From: Candidatus Eiseniibacteriota bacterium
GTDB lineage: Bacteria; Eisenbacteria; RBG-16-71-46
Reading direction: 5' to 3'
Length of the DNA: 64,000 nt
Assembly: GCA_963707915.1 (NCBI GenBank)
Contig: OY970178.1
Location: forward strand, 2,848,001 to 2,912,000
Below the pieces are notes generated by a model, which was given only the letters and a program-made list of their open reading frames with translations, searched no databases and was not told the origin of the DNA. The translations under genes and the position numbers were made by a program. The number at the start of each line of letters is the position of its first letter. The stretch's first letter is position 1. This document shows positions 45,863-54,573 of the stretch, one piece after another.

Positions 45863-46807
45863 ATGTCGATCCGCCACCTGGCCGGCGCGTCGCTCGTCCT
45901 CGGCCTGCTGCTCCCGTACGCGGCGCGGTCCGCGACGATCCCCATCGACGGCGCGCTGGACCCGGACTACGGCGCGGCGCTCGCCACGCAGAGCACGCAG
46001 ACCAGCCTGGGCGACGCCGGCCAGGGCCTGGTGGACCTCGCGGCGGGATCGGAGCTGGACGCGGCCTACGGCACCATCACCGGCGGCGTGCTCTACCTGT
46101 TCCTGCCCGGCAACCTGATGCTCCAGCCGCGCGGCATGGAGCCGGGGCTCCGCTCCGACGAGATCGACATCTACATCGACTCCGAGGCGGGGGGGCAGAA
46201 CGTCCTGCGCGCCGACAACCCGGCGGTGGGCGGCGTCTATCACCCGCTGAGCGCCCGCGCCGGCCTGCGCTTCGATGCGGGCTTCGAGCCCGACCACTGG
46301 TTCAACGGCTGGCTGTACAGCGCCGGCTCGAACCTGTCGGCGCCGTACGCGTTCCGGCTCTATTCCGCGGAGCTGGCGACCGGCGGAGGCGGGGCGGGCG
46401 GCTTCCTCGGCCAGTCGAATCCCGGCGGGCCCGGCACGCTCGCCGGTGGCACGAACCCCGACGGCGTGGAGGCGGCCATGGACAACCGCAACGTCGCGGG
46501 CGTGACGGCGGGCTGTGCCGCCGCGTCGGGCGGGGGCGTCACGACCGGCTTCGAGCTGGCGATCCCGCTCGCGGCGATCGGCGATCCGGCCGGCTGCGTG
46601 CGGGTGTGCGTATTCGGCGTGTCCTACTGGGACGGCAGCGCGTCGAACCAGGTGCTCGGGCCGGTGCCGCCTGGGTCCTGCGGACTCGGCGCCGCCGCCG
46701 GCGTGGACTTCGCGGGCATCGCGGGCGACCAGTACTTCACGGTCTGCGGAGCGGATGTGCCCGTCCGCACTCCGAGCTGGGGAAGCCTGAAGACTTTGTA
46801 CCGTTGA
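45863..46807 (+). CDS. Secreted hypothetical protein with C-terminal SWGxLKxLYR tail
   Basis: GGAGG RBS; signal peptide; Gly-rich beta domain; ends VPVRTPSWGSLKTLYR. Confidence 0.7.
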   Translation: MSIRHLAGASLVLGLLLPYAARSATIPIDGALDPDYGAALATQSTQTSLGDAGQGLVDLAAGSELDAAYGTITGGVLYLFLPGNLMLQPRGMEPGLRSDEIDIYIDSEAGGQNVLRADNPAVGGVYHPLSARAGLRFDAGFEPDHWFNGWLYSAGSNLSAPYAFRLYSAELATGGGGAGGFLGQSNPGGPGTLAGGTNPDGVEAAMDNRNVAGVTAGCAAASGGGVTTGFELAIPLAAIGDPAGCVRVCVFGVSYWDGSASNQVLGPVPPGSCGLGAAAGVDFAGIAGDQYFTVCGADVPVRTPSWGSLKTLYR

Positions 46808-47055
46808 GCCCGCTCGATGTCGCGGCACGCACGGCAGTGCGCGGAGGGTGGTCCGGCTGCCGCGCGCCGGCGATCTCGAGGAGCGATTTCCCCCGAGCGC
46901 GCGGCATGGGGTAGAATCAATGCGCTCGGACGGTGATCATTTCCCGTGCGGGCCAAGCGCCGCCCGGCGAGGGATCCGTCGGGCGGTTGTTCATTCCGGG
47001 CGGATCGCCGGCCCCGTGGCCCGCTGCCCGGCCCCGGCCCGGCGGCCGCGGCCCG

Positions 47056-47442
47056 TCACGGCTCGGGCGCCCAGTTGTCGGCGGCGTAGCCCTCGAGCGC
47101 GGCCCGCTCGTCCTCGAACACGGCGATGAAGCGGAGCAACTGGACCACCTCCAGGATCATCTCGTTCCTCCGCGACAGGCCGGCGAGGGCGAGCGCGAGG
47201 TTCGCGTTCGCCGCCGTCTTGTAGAGGGCGGCGACGATGCCCACGCCCGTGCTCGTGAGGTGTTCCACGCCTCCCAGGTCGAGCAGCAGGGGCCGGGGGT
47301 CCGCGTTCATCTCGCTGCGCGCGCTGGCCAGGAACGAGTAGCACTCCTCGGAGTCCGTGAGCGCTCCGTCCAGGCGATAGACGCGCACGCCGGTCCCGGC
47401 CGCCGTGCGGGTCCGCCACTGCAACGTGCTCGTATTCGCCAT
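47056..47442 (-). CDS. STAS-domain anti-sigma-factor antagonist
   Basis: LLDLGGVEHLTSTGVG (phospho-Ser site); GGAGG RBS. Confidence 0.8.
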   Translation of the reverse strand: MANTSTLQWRTRTAAGTGVRVYRLDGALTDSEECYSFLASARSEMNADPRPLLLDLGGVEHLTSTGVGIVAALYKTAANANLALALAGLSRRNEMILEVVQLLRFIAVFEDERAALEGYAADNWAPEP

Positions 47443-47678
47443 CGCAACCCTCCCCTTCCGGGCCGGGCCGGCCGGGTGGCCGGAGTCCCTGGGGTTAGGA
47501 TGCGCGAAGGTCGGCAGGAGTGTGGCAGCGAATCGACAAATCGCGGCGTCGTCTCCCGCAGGCCTCGCGGCCGGGGCGCACCGGCCGCCGGGGGCGCCGC
47601 GCACGGCGGCGGCCGGCACCCCGCGGCCGGGGCCGCTCGCCCGGGACGTCCCCGGCCCGCCGGCCCGCCGCGACCGGG

Positions 47679-48794
47679 TCAGCGCACCGTCTTGTGGAAG
47701 CGCGTCGTCGCGAAGCCCAGCAGCCCGGCGCCCATCACCAGCAGCGCCAGGAACTGGGGCCACAGCGCCCCGAGCCCGGCGCCCTTGAGGAACACGGCGC
47801 GCACGATCTCGAGGAAGTGCCGCATCGGGTTCAGCAGCGTGAGCCACTGGAACGTCTCCGGCATGCTGGACACCGGGAACATGAACCCCGAGAGCAGCAT
47901 GACCGGCATGATCACCAGGAAGCTCGTGAGCATCGCCTCCTGCTGGGTGTTCGAGACCGTGGAGATCAGCAGCCCCACGCCGAGCATGCACAGGATGAAG
48001 AGCAGTCCGGCGGCGAGCAGCAGCAGGAAGCTGCCCTCGAACGGGACGTGGAACCAGAACAGCGACACCGTGGTGATGAGCACCATCTCCACGACCGCCA
48101 GCATCGCGAAGGGCACCGTCTTCCCGATGATCAGCTCGCCCGGCGTGAGCGGGCTCACCATGAGCTGCTCGAGGGTGCCGGCCTCGCGCTCGCGCACCAC
48201 CGCCAGCGACGTCAGGATGAGGCTGAGGAGCAGCAGCAGCTGGCCCATCACGGCGGGCACGTTGTAGTCGAGGCTCCGCAGGCTCGGGTTGAACCAGGCC
48301 CGGGCGCGAAGCTCCACCGGGAGCGCGAGGCCGGCCGCCCCGCCCTGCAGGGCGTAGGCCGTGATGATGCGCTCGGCGTAGCCGCTGCCCACCGTCGCGG
48401 TGTTCGAGTTCGTGCCGTCGAAGAGCACCTGGACGGTGGCGTCCCCGCGCGCGAAGGCCCGGGCGAACCCGCGCGGGATGTCCACGCCCGCGATGGCGCG
48501 GCCGTGGTCCAGGGCCTCGACCAGGTCACGGGGGCGGTCCGAGCGGCCGGTGACGCGGAAGTAGCCCGAGGCGCCCAGCGTCCGCACCAGGTCGCGCGAG
48601 GCCTGCGTGTGGTCCTGGTCCACGACGAAGGTCGGCATGCGCCGGACGTCGGTGGTGACCACGTAGCCGAACACCAGCAACTGCAGCACCGGGGCGACGA
48701 GCACGAGCCGCGCCAGCCGCGGGTCCCGGAAGACCTGGATCAGCTCCTTGCGGACGAACTCGCCCAGGCGGTCGAAGCGCTCCGGGAGTCTCAT
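47679..48794 (-). CDS. ABC-2 transporter permease (YbhR-like)
   Basis: KELIQVFRD, REREAGTLEQL and LLSGFMFP motifs. Confidence 0.9.
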   Translation of the reverse strand: MRLPERFDRLGEFVRKELIQVFRDPRLARLVLVAPVLQLLVFGYVVTTDVRRMPTFVVDQDHTQASRDLVRTLGASGYFRVTGRSDRPRDLVEALDHGRAIAGVDIPRGFARAFARGDATVQVLFDGTNSNTATVGSGYAERIITAYALQGGAAGLALPVELRARAWFNPSLRSLDYNVPAVMGQLLLLLSLILTSLAVVREREAGTLEQLMVSPLTPGELIIGKTVPFAMLAVVEMVLITTVSLFWFHVPFEGSFLLLLAAGLLFILCMLGVGLLISTVSNTQQEAMLTSFLVIMPVMLLSGFMFPVSSMPETFQWLTLLNPMRHFLEIVRAVFLKGAGLGALWPQFLALLVMGAGLLGFATTRFHKTVR

Positions 48795-49906
48795 GCCAGC
48801 TCCTTGCGGAACGCGCGCACCGCGAGGCCCAGGCCGACGACGGCGTAGGCGAGCATGAGCAGGCCCTGGCTCCACAGCACGTCGGGGCCGACGCCCTTGA
48901 GGAAGATCCCGCGCGTCACGACCAGGAAGTAGCGCGCCGGCACCAGGTAGGTGAGGAGGCGGAGCGGCAGCGGCATGTTGTCGATCGGGAACATGAAGCC
49001 GGAGAGCAGGAAGCCCGGCAGGAAGGTGGCGATCATCCCGATCTGGGTGGCCAGCATCTGGGTGCGCGCGACCGCCGAGATCAGCAGCCCCAGCCCGAGC
49101 GTCCCGACCAGGAAGGCGAACGAGGCGCCCATCAGGAAGACCACGTTCCCGCGGAACGGCACGTGGAAGACCAGCACGCCGAGCAGCGAGCAGAGCGCGA
49201 CGTCGACGAGCCCGATGACGAGGTAGGGGAGGAGCTTGCCGAGCACCACCTCGAGGCGCGTGACCGGCGTGGCCGCGAGCTGCTCCATGGTGCCCCGCTC
49301 CCACTCGCGCGCGATGGTGAGCGAGGTCAGCAGGCCGGCGATGATCATCATGATGACCGCCACCAGCCCGGGCACGATCATGTTGCGGCTCGACAGTTCC
49401 TCGTTGTACCAGATGCGGGTGTCCACCGTGATCGGCAGTCGCGCGCCGCGCGCCTGGAACAGGACCCGCGTCGAGAACCGCTGGACCACGGCCTGGGCGT
49501 AGCCCAGCGAGATGGTCGCGGTGTTGGCGTCGCTCCCGTCCACGATGGCCTGCACGACCGCCGTGCGCCCGGCGCCGAGGTCGGAGCCGAAGCGCGGGGG
49601 GATCACCAGCACGATCCTCGCCTGGCCGCGGTCCAGGAGCGCGTCGATGTCGGCGGTGCGCTCGAGCCGGGCCGCGATCACGAAACGGCCCGAGGCCCGG
49701 AAGCCGTCGAGCAGCTCGCGCGCCCTGGCGCCGTGGTCCTGGTCCACGACCGCCAGGCGGATGTCCTCCACGTCCCAGCTGATCGCGTAGCCGAAGAACA
49801 CCAGCAGCGCGACCGGCAGCAGGAAGGCGAGGATCAGGCTGCGCGGGTCGCGCCGCAGCTGCAGCGCCTCCTTGCGGGCGACGGCGAAGAGCCGCATCCG
49901 GTCCAT
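48791..49906 (-). CDS. ABC-2 transporter permease (YbhS-like)
   Basis: KEALQLRRD, REWERGTMEQL and LLSGFMFP motifs. Confidence 0.9.
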   Translation of the reverse strand: MDRMRLFAVARKEALQLRRDPRSLILAFLLPVALLVFFGYAISWDVEDIRLAVVDQDHGARARELLDGFRASGRFVIAARLERTADIDALLDRGQARIVLVIPPRFGSDLGAGRTAVVQAIVDGSDANTATISLGYAQAVVQRFSTRVLFQARGARLPITVDTRIWYNEELSSRNMIVPGLVAVIMMIIAGLLTSLTIAREWERGTMEQLAATPVTRLEVVLGKLLPYLVIGLVDVALCSLLGVLVFHVPFRGNVVFLMGASFAFLVGTLGLGLLISAVARTQMLATQIGMIATFLPGFLLSGFMFPIDNMPLPLRLLTYLVPARYFLVVTRGIFLKGVGPDVLWSQGLLMLAYAVVGLGLAVRAFRKELA

Positions 49907-49913
49907 GGCCCCC

Positions 49914-50855
49914 TCAGTCCGCCAGCGCGCCGCCCGCGGCGTGCACCAGCGCCACGAACACGTCCTCGAGCGAGGGCTCGACCACCTCGAGCCCGTGGAC
50001 CGCGATGCCCCGGGCGGCGAGCAGCGCCGGCAGCGCCGTGCGCGCCCGGTCCGCGTCGCGCACCGTGACGTGCACGGCGCGGCCGAAGAGCCCGACGTCG
50101 ACCACGCCCTCGGCGCCCTCCAGCGCCTCCACCGCCCGCGGGCTCTCGTCGGTCGCGATCTCGACCAGCGGCGTGGGCATCGCGGCGCGCAGCGCGGCGG
50201 GCCGGTCGAGGGCGATGATGCGCCCGCGGTTCATGAGCGCCAGCCGGTGGCAGTACTCGGCCTCCTCCATGTAGTGCGTGCTCACGAACACCGTGGTGCC
50301 GCGCTCCGCCAGCCCGCCGATCAGGTCCCAGAAGTCGCGCCGCGAGATCGGGTCCACGCCGGAGGTGGGCTCGTCGAGGAAGAGCACCGGCGGCTCGTGG
50401 AGCATGGCGGTGCCGAGCGCGAGCCGCTGCTTCCAGCCCAGCGAGAGCTCCTGCGTCAGCCGGCCGCGGTGGCCCTCCAGGCCCGCCATCCCGAGCACCC
50501 AGTCGCGGCGCTCCGCGCGGCGCGCGCGGGGCACGCCGTAGAGCCCGGCGAAGAAGGCGATGTTCTCCTCCACCGTGAGGTCGCCGTAGAGCGAGAACGA
50601 CTGCGACATGTAGCCGATGCTGCGCTTCACCGACTCGGTCTGGCGCGCGAGGTCGAAGCCGGCGACCGTGCCGCGGCCCGACGTGGGCTGGAGCAGGCCG
50701 GTGAGCATCTTGATGGTCGTGGTCTTGCCCGCGCCGTTGGGGCCGAGGAAGCCGAACACCTCGCCGCGGGCGACCTCGAAGGAGACCTCGTCCACGGCGG
50801 TGAACGCGCCGAAGCGGCGCGTCAGGCGCTCGACCGCGACCGCCGCGCCGCTCAC
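49914..50855 (-). CDS. ABC transporter ATP-binding protein
   Basis: GPNGAGKTT, LSLGWKQR and FLDEPTSG motifs. Confidence 0.92.
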   Translation of the reverse strand: MSGAAVAVERLTRRFGAFTAVDEVSFEVARGEVFGFLGPNGAGKTTTIKMLTGLLQPTSGRGTVAGFDLARQTESVKRSIGYMSQSFSLYGDLTVEENIAFFAGLYGVPRARRAERRDWVLGMAGLEGHRGRLTQELSLGWKQRLALGTAMLHEPPVLFLDEPTSGVDPISRRDFWDLIGGLAERGTTVFVSTHYMEEAEYCHRLALMNRGRIIALDRPAALRAAMPTPLVEIATDESPRAVEALEGAEGVVDVGLFGRAVHVTVRDADRARTALPALLAARGIAVHGLEVVEPSLEDVFVALVHAAGGALAD

Positions 50856-51835
50856 GACGGCCCCGCGCGGGCGATGCGCTCGATGAAGACGTCCTCGAGC
50901 GACGGCGCGACCGGGCTCACCTCGCCCACGGTGAAGCCCGCCGCGCGCAGGCCGGCCGCGACGCGCGGTCCGTCCGCGGCGGCGTCGGCCACCACGACGT
51001 GCAGCCGGTCGCCGAAGACCGCGGCGCCGCGCACGCCGGGCAGGGCGCAGGCCGCGGCGCGCGCCGCGTGCACGCGGTCCACCGGGACGGCGAGCAGTCC
51101 GAGCCCGAAGCCGCGTTGCAGCCGCTCGGCCGAGTCGAGCGCCACCAGCCGGCCGCGGTCGAGCATGGCCAGCCGGTCGAAGCGCTCGGCCTCGTCCATG
51201 TAGGCGGTGCTCACCACCACGGTGGTGCCGTTCGCCACCATCTCGTGCACGATGAGCCAGAGGTCGCGCCGCGAGATCGGGTCCACGCCGAAGGTGGGCT
51301 CGTCGAGCAGCAGGATCGCCGGCTCGTGGACCAGGCAGCAGGAGAGGGCGAGCTTCTGCTTCATGCCGCCGGAGAGCTGCCCCGCGAGCCGCGACCGGAA
51401 GGGGCCGAGCGCGGAGAAGCGGTAGAGCCGCTCGAGCCGCGCCGGCCGCTCCGCGCGGGGCACATGGTAGAGGTCGGCGTAGAACTCGAGGTTCTCGGCC
51501 ACGGTGAGGTCGCCGTAGAGGCCGAAGCGCTGCGCCATGTAGGCGATCGAGCGCTTCACCCGCTCGGGGTCGCGCGCGACGCTCACGCCCTCGAGCCGCG
51601 CGTCGCCCGCGCTGGGGCGCATCACGCCGGCGAGCATGCGGAGCGTCGTGGTCTTGCCCGCGCCGTCGGGACCGACCAGGCCGAACAACTCGCCGCGCGC
51701 GACGGTGAACGACAGCCCGTCCACCGCGGTGAGCGCGCCGAAGCGGCGCGTGAGGCCGTCCAGTTCGACCGCCGCCGGGCGGTCCGCGGCCGGCGCGCCC
51801 GCGTCCGGCACCGCTGCGGGACCCGCGTCCGTCAC
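50852..51835 (-). CDS. ABC transporter ATP-binding protein
   Basis: GPDGAGKTT, LSGGMKQK and LLDEPT motifs; GTG start overlaps the HlyD stop. Confidence 0.88.
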   Translation of the reverse strand: MTDAGPAAVPDAGAPAADRPAAVELDGLTRRFGALTAVDGLSFTVARGELFGLVGPDGAGKTTTLRMLAGVMRPSAGDARLEGVSVARDPERVKRSIAYMAQRFGLYGDLTVAENLEFYADLYHVPRAERPARLERLYRFSALGPFRSRLAGQLSGGMKQKLALSCCLVHEPAILLLDEPTFGVDPISRRDLWLIVHEMVANGTTVVVSTAYMDEAERFDRLAMLDRGRLVALDSAERLQRGFGLGLLAVPVDRVHAARAAACALPGVRGAAVFGDRLHVVVADAAADGPRVAAGLRAAGFTVGEVSPVAPSLEDVFIERIARAGPS

Positions 51836-52825
51836 TTCGCGAGCGCCAGGCGGACGTCGGCGGGCATGCCGGGCTTGAGCTCGAAGGCCGCGTCGCCGGT
51901 GATGCGCACCTTGACCGCGTAGACCAGCTTCACGCGTTCCTCGCTGGTCTGGACGTTCTTGGGAGTGAACTCCGCCTCGCTGCTGATGTAGACCACCTCG
52001 CCGGGATAGCTGCGGCCCCGGAAGGTGTCCGAGGTGATCGTCGCCGCCTGCTCCGGTCCGGACCGCGCCGATGCGCGCCTCGCTGACGTAGATGCGCACC
52101 CAGCGGTCGGTCCGGTCCATCAGCGAGAGCACCGCGGAGCCCGCGGGCACGATCTCCCCGGGCTCGCGGTGCCGCACGGTGACCACGCCGTCGAAGGGCG
52201 CGCGGATCACCATGTTCGCCAGGACCGCGTCCGCGGCGCGCAGGGCGGCCGCGGCCTGCGCCACCTGGGCGCGCGCGGCCGCGATGCGTTCCCGGCGGGG
52301 CCCGGTCACGACCAGCCGGTGCTGCTCGTCGGCCTGCTCGGCCTGCGCCCGCGCCACGTCGAGCGCGGTCCGGGCCTTGTCGAAGGTCTGCTGGCTGACC
52401 ACGTTGTTGCGGACCAGCTCCTGCGCGCGGTCGAAGTCGCGTTGCGCGTCCGCGAGGCGCTGCCGGGCCGCGTCGTTCCCCGAGCGGGCCTGCGCCACCT
52501 CCTCCGGGCGGGCCCCGCGCAGCAGCTCGTCGAGCTGGGCGCGCGCGGCGTCGAGCAGCGCGGCCGCCTGCTGGCGGCGCGCCGCGGCCTCGGCCCGGTC
52601 GAGCGCGGCCAGCGGCTCGCCGGCCCGCGCCGCGTCACCCTCGCGCACGCGGATCGAGTCGATCCGCCCGGGGACCTGGAAGCCCAGCTGCGCCTCGGTC
52701 GCCTCCACCGTGCCCGAGGCCGTGAGCCGGCCGCGCTCGCCGGCGCGGCGCAGGATCGGCACGACGACCAGCGCGGCGATCACGAGGAGCAGCAGCGGGA
52801 CGATGACGCGTGGGTTGGGTCTCAT
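51832..52825 (-). CDS. HlyD-family membrane fusion protein (YbhG-like); frameshift near 52051
   Basis: SGTVEATE, VREGD and IRAPFDG motifs; the tail EAEFTPKNVQT...KPGMPADV lies in the next frame and stops at 51832. Confidence 0.87.
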
Positions 52826-53475
52826 GAAGCGGTCCTCCGGGGATGGGGGGCGCGGGCGGCGCGTGCGCGGGGCGGGGCGGGCGCGCGGATGGCCTGCTCG
52901 AACACCGGCCAGGCGGCGCGGGCCTGGCCGGTGACGTCGAACCGTCCGTCGCTCAGGGTCCAGAGCACGCCGGCCGGCTGGATCAGGCCCAGGAACAGGA
53001 TGGCGAGTGCGCGGGCGTTCACGTCGGTGCGGACCCGGCCGAGGCGCTGGCCCTGCCGGATGACGGCGGCCACCCCGTCGAGGTAGCCCGAGAACACGCC
53101 GAGCAGCCGCTGGCGGCGTTCGGGGTGGCCGATGTGGTAGTCGTCGGACAGCACGATGCGGGGCAGCGCGCGGTTGAGGCGGATGAGCTGGGTGTGGCGC
53201 TTGAGCAGCTGGTGCAGGGCGTCCACCGGGTCGTCGGTCTCGGCGCGGGCGGCCGCGATCGCGCCGTGCAGGCGCTCGCGCATGCGGTCCAGCACCGCGT
53301 CGAGCAGCGCGTCCTTGCTGGCGAAGTGACGGTAGATCGCCGAGGGCGTGAGCCCCACGCGGCGGGCGACGGCCGCCAGGCTCAGCCCGCGCAGCCCGTG
53401 ATCGGCCACCACCGCCAGCGTGGCGTCGGCCAGCTGGTCCCGGCGGACCCCGGTGTGGAGCTTCTCGCGCGACAT
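52822..53475 (-). CDS. TetR/AcrR-family transcriptional regulator
   Basis: HTH LSLAAVARRVGLTPSAIYRHFASKDAL; GGAGG RBS; first gene of the efflux operon. Confidence 0.92.
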   Translation of the reverse strand: MSREKLHTGVRRDQLADATLAVVADHGLRGLSLAAVARRVGLTPSAIYRHFASKDALLDAVLDRMRERLHGAIAAARAETDDPVDALHQLLKRHTQLIRLNRALPRIVLSDDYHIGHPERRQRLLGVFSGYLDGVAAVIRQGQRLGRVRTDVNARALAILFLGLIQPAGVLWTLSDGRFDVTGQARAAWPVFEQAIRAPAPPRARAARAPHPRRTAS

Positions 53476-53486
53476 CGCGCCTCCGG

Positions 53487-53506
53487 TTGTGAACGCTCGT
53501 TCACAA
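53487..53506. promoter_or_regulatory. Palindromic TetR operator overlapping the -10 of the tetR promoter
   Basis: TTGTGAACG-CT-CGTTCACAA perfect 9-bp inverted repeat; minus-strand TTGACC (53532-53527), 18 nt, TATTGT (53508-53503). Confidence 0.75.
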
Positions 53507-53592
53507 TAGGCCCGGGCGGCCGGGCCGGTCAAGGTTCGGTGTTCCGCGGACCCGGCGGACGTGGTAGCGTCCCGGCGTCCTGGGAGGTCACG

Positions 53593-54555
53593 ATGAACGG
53601 GAACCCGCCCGCCGCGCCCGAACCGCCGGTCCACGAGACGCTGCGCGAACTGCTGCAGGACCACGATGTCCGCGAGCAGCTGGTCGGGATCCTGGCGGAG
53701 GAGATCGAGGCCCGCCGCGAGCCGTCCCCGTGGCGGCGCGCCCAGCCCTGGCTCGCCGGGGCCGCCAGCGCCTTCGTCACCGTGCTGGCCTTCTTCCTGC
53801 CCTCGCTGCAGGACCAGTGGGACCGCTGGCAGGCGCGCCAGGTGATCCAGCGCTACGTCGAGCTGGGGCGCGACTTCATGCACGAGGGGCGCTTCCAGAT
53901 CGCCGAGGAGACCTTCGCCAAGGCGTTCGAGCTCTCCGAGAGCCGCCGCCTCGACATCGAGGAGGAACGCCTCGCGGCGAAGGTCGCGCGCGTCAACGAG
54001 GACCCCGCCTGGGGCGTGACCAACCCCGAGGGGCTCGAGGAGAGCGACTTCCTCTACCTGCTGCACCTGCAGGAGGGGAAGACCGCCGGGCAGCGCCACG
54101 CGCAGGCGCTCACGCTCAATTCCTACGGCGTCTTCCTCACCTCCGAGAAGCGTTTCGCCGAGGCCGAGAGCACCTTCCACCGGTCGATCGTGCTCGATCC
54201 GACGAACGCCTCGGCCCGGGTCCGCCTGGGCAACCTGCTCTCGGACAGCGGACGCCCGCGGGAGGCCGAGGCGGCGTACCGCCTGGCGCTGCGGCTGGAC
54301 CCGGGCAGCCTGAGCGGGCACTACAACCTCGGGCTGCTGCTCGAACAGACCGGTCGCCCGGCCGAGGCGGAGACCCTGCTGCGCCGCGCGGTGCGGCTCG
54401 GTCCGGGCGACGCGGACGCCCTGCGCCTGCTGGCGGACGTCCTCGAGAAGAACGGGCGGGCGGCCGAGGCGGCCGCCACGCGCGAGCGGCTGGCGAAGCT
54501 CCCGCCGCGCCCCCCGCTGCCCCGTCCGAAGCCGGCGGACGGGAGTGGCGGGTAG
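53593..54555 (+). CDS. Single-TM TPR-repeat protein
   Basis: GGAGG RBS; one TM helix, then TPRs (LGNLL...AEAAYRLALRLDP, HYNLGLLL). Confidence 0.8.
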   Translation: MNGNPPAAPEPPVHETLRELLQDHDVREQLVGILAEEIEARREPSPWRRAQPWLAGAASAFVTVLAFFLPSLQDQWDRWQARQVIQRYVELGRDFMHEGRFQIAEETFAKAFELSESRRLDIEEERLAAKVARVNEDPAWGVTNPEGLEESDFLYLLHLQEGKTAGQRHAQALTLNSYGVFLTSEKRFAEAESTFHRSIVLDPTNASARVRLGNLLSDSGRPREAEAAYRLALRLDPGSLSGHYNLGLLLEQTGRPAEAETLLRRAVRLGPGDADALRLLADVLEKNGRAAEAAATRERLAKLPPRPPLPRPKPADGSGG

Positions 54556-54573
54556 CGGGCCGGGAGGACGGGC

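Noticed and set aside
50852..52825. Apparent 657-aa HlyD-ABC ATPase fusion in the ORF track
   Set aside because: Artefact of the insertion near 52051. The real HlyD tail is in another frame and stops at 51832, overlapping the ATPase GTG.
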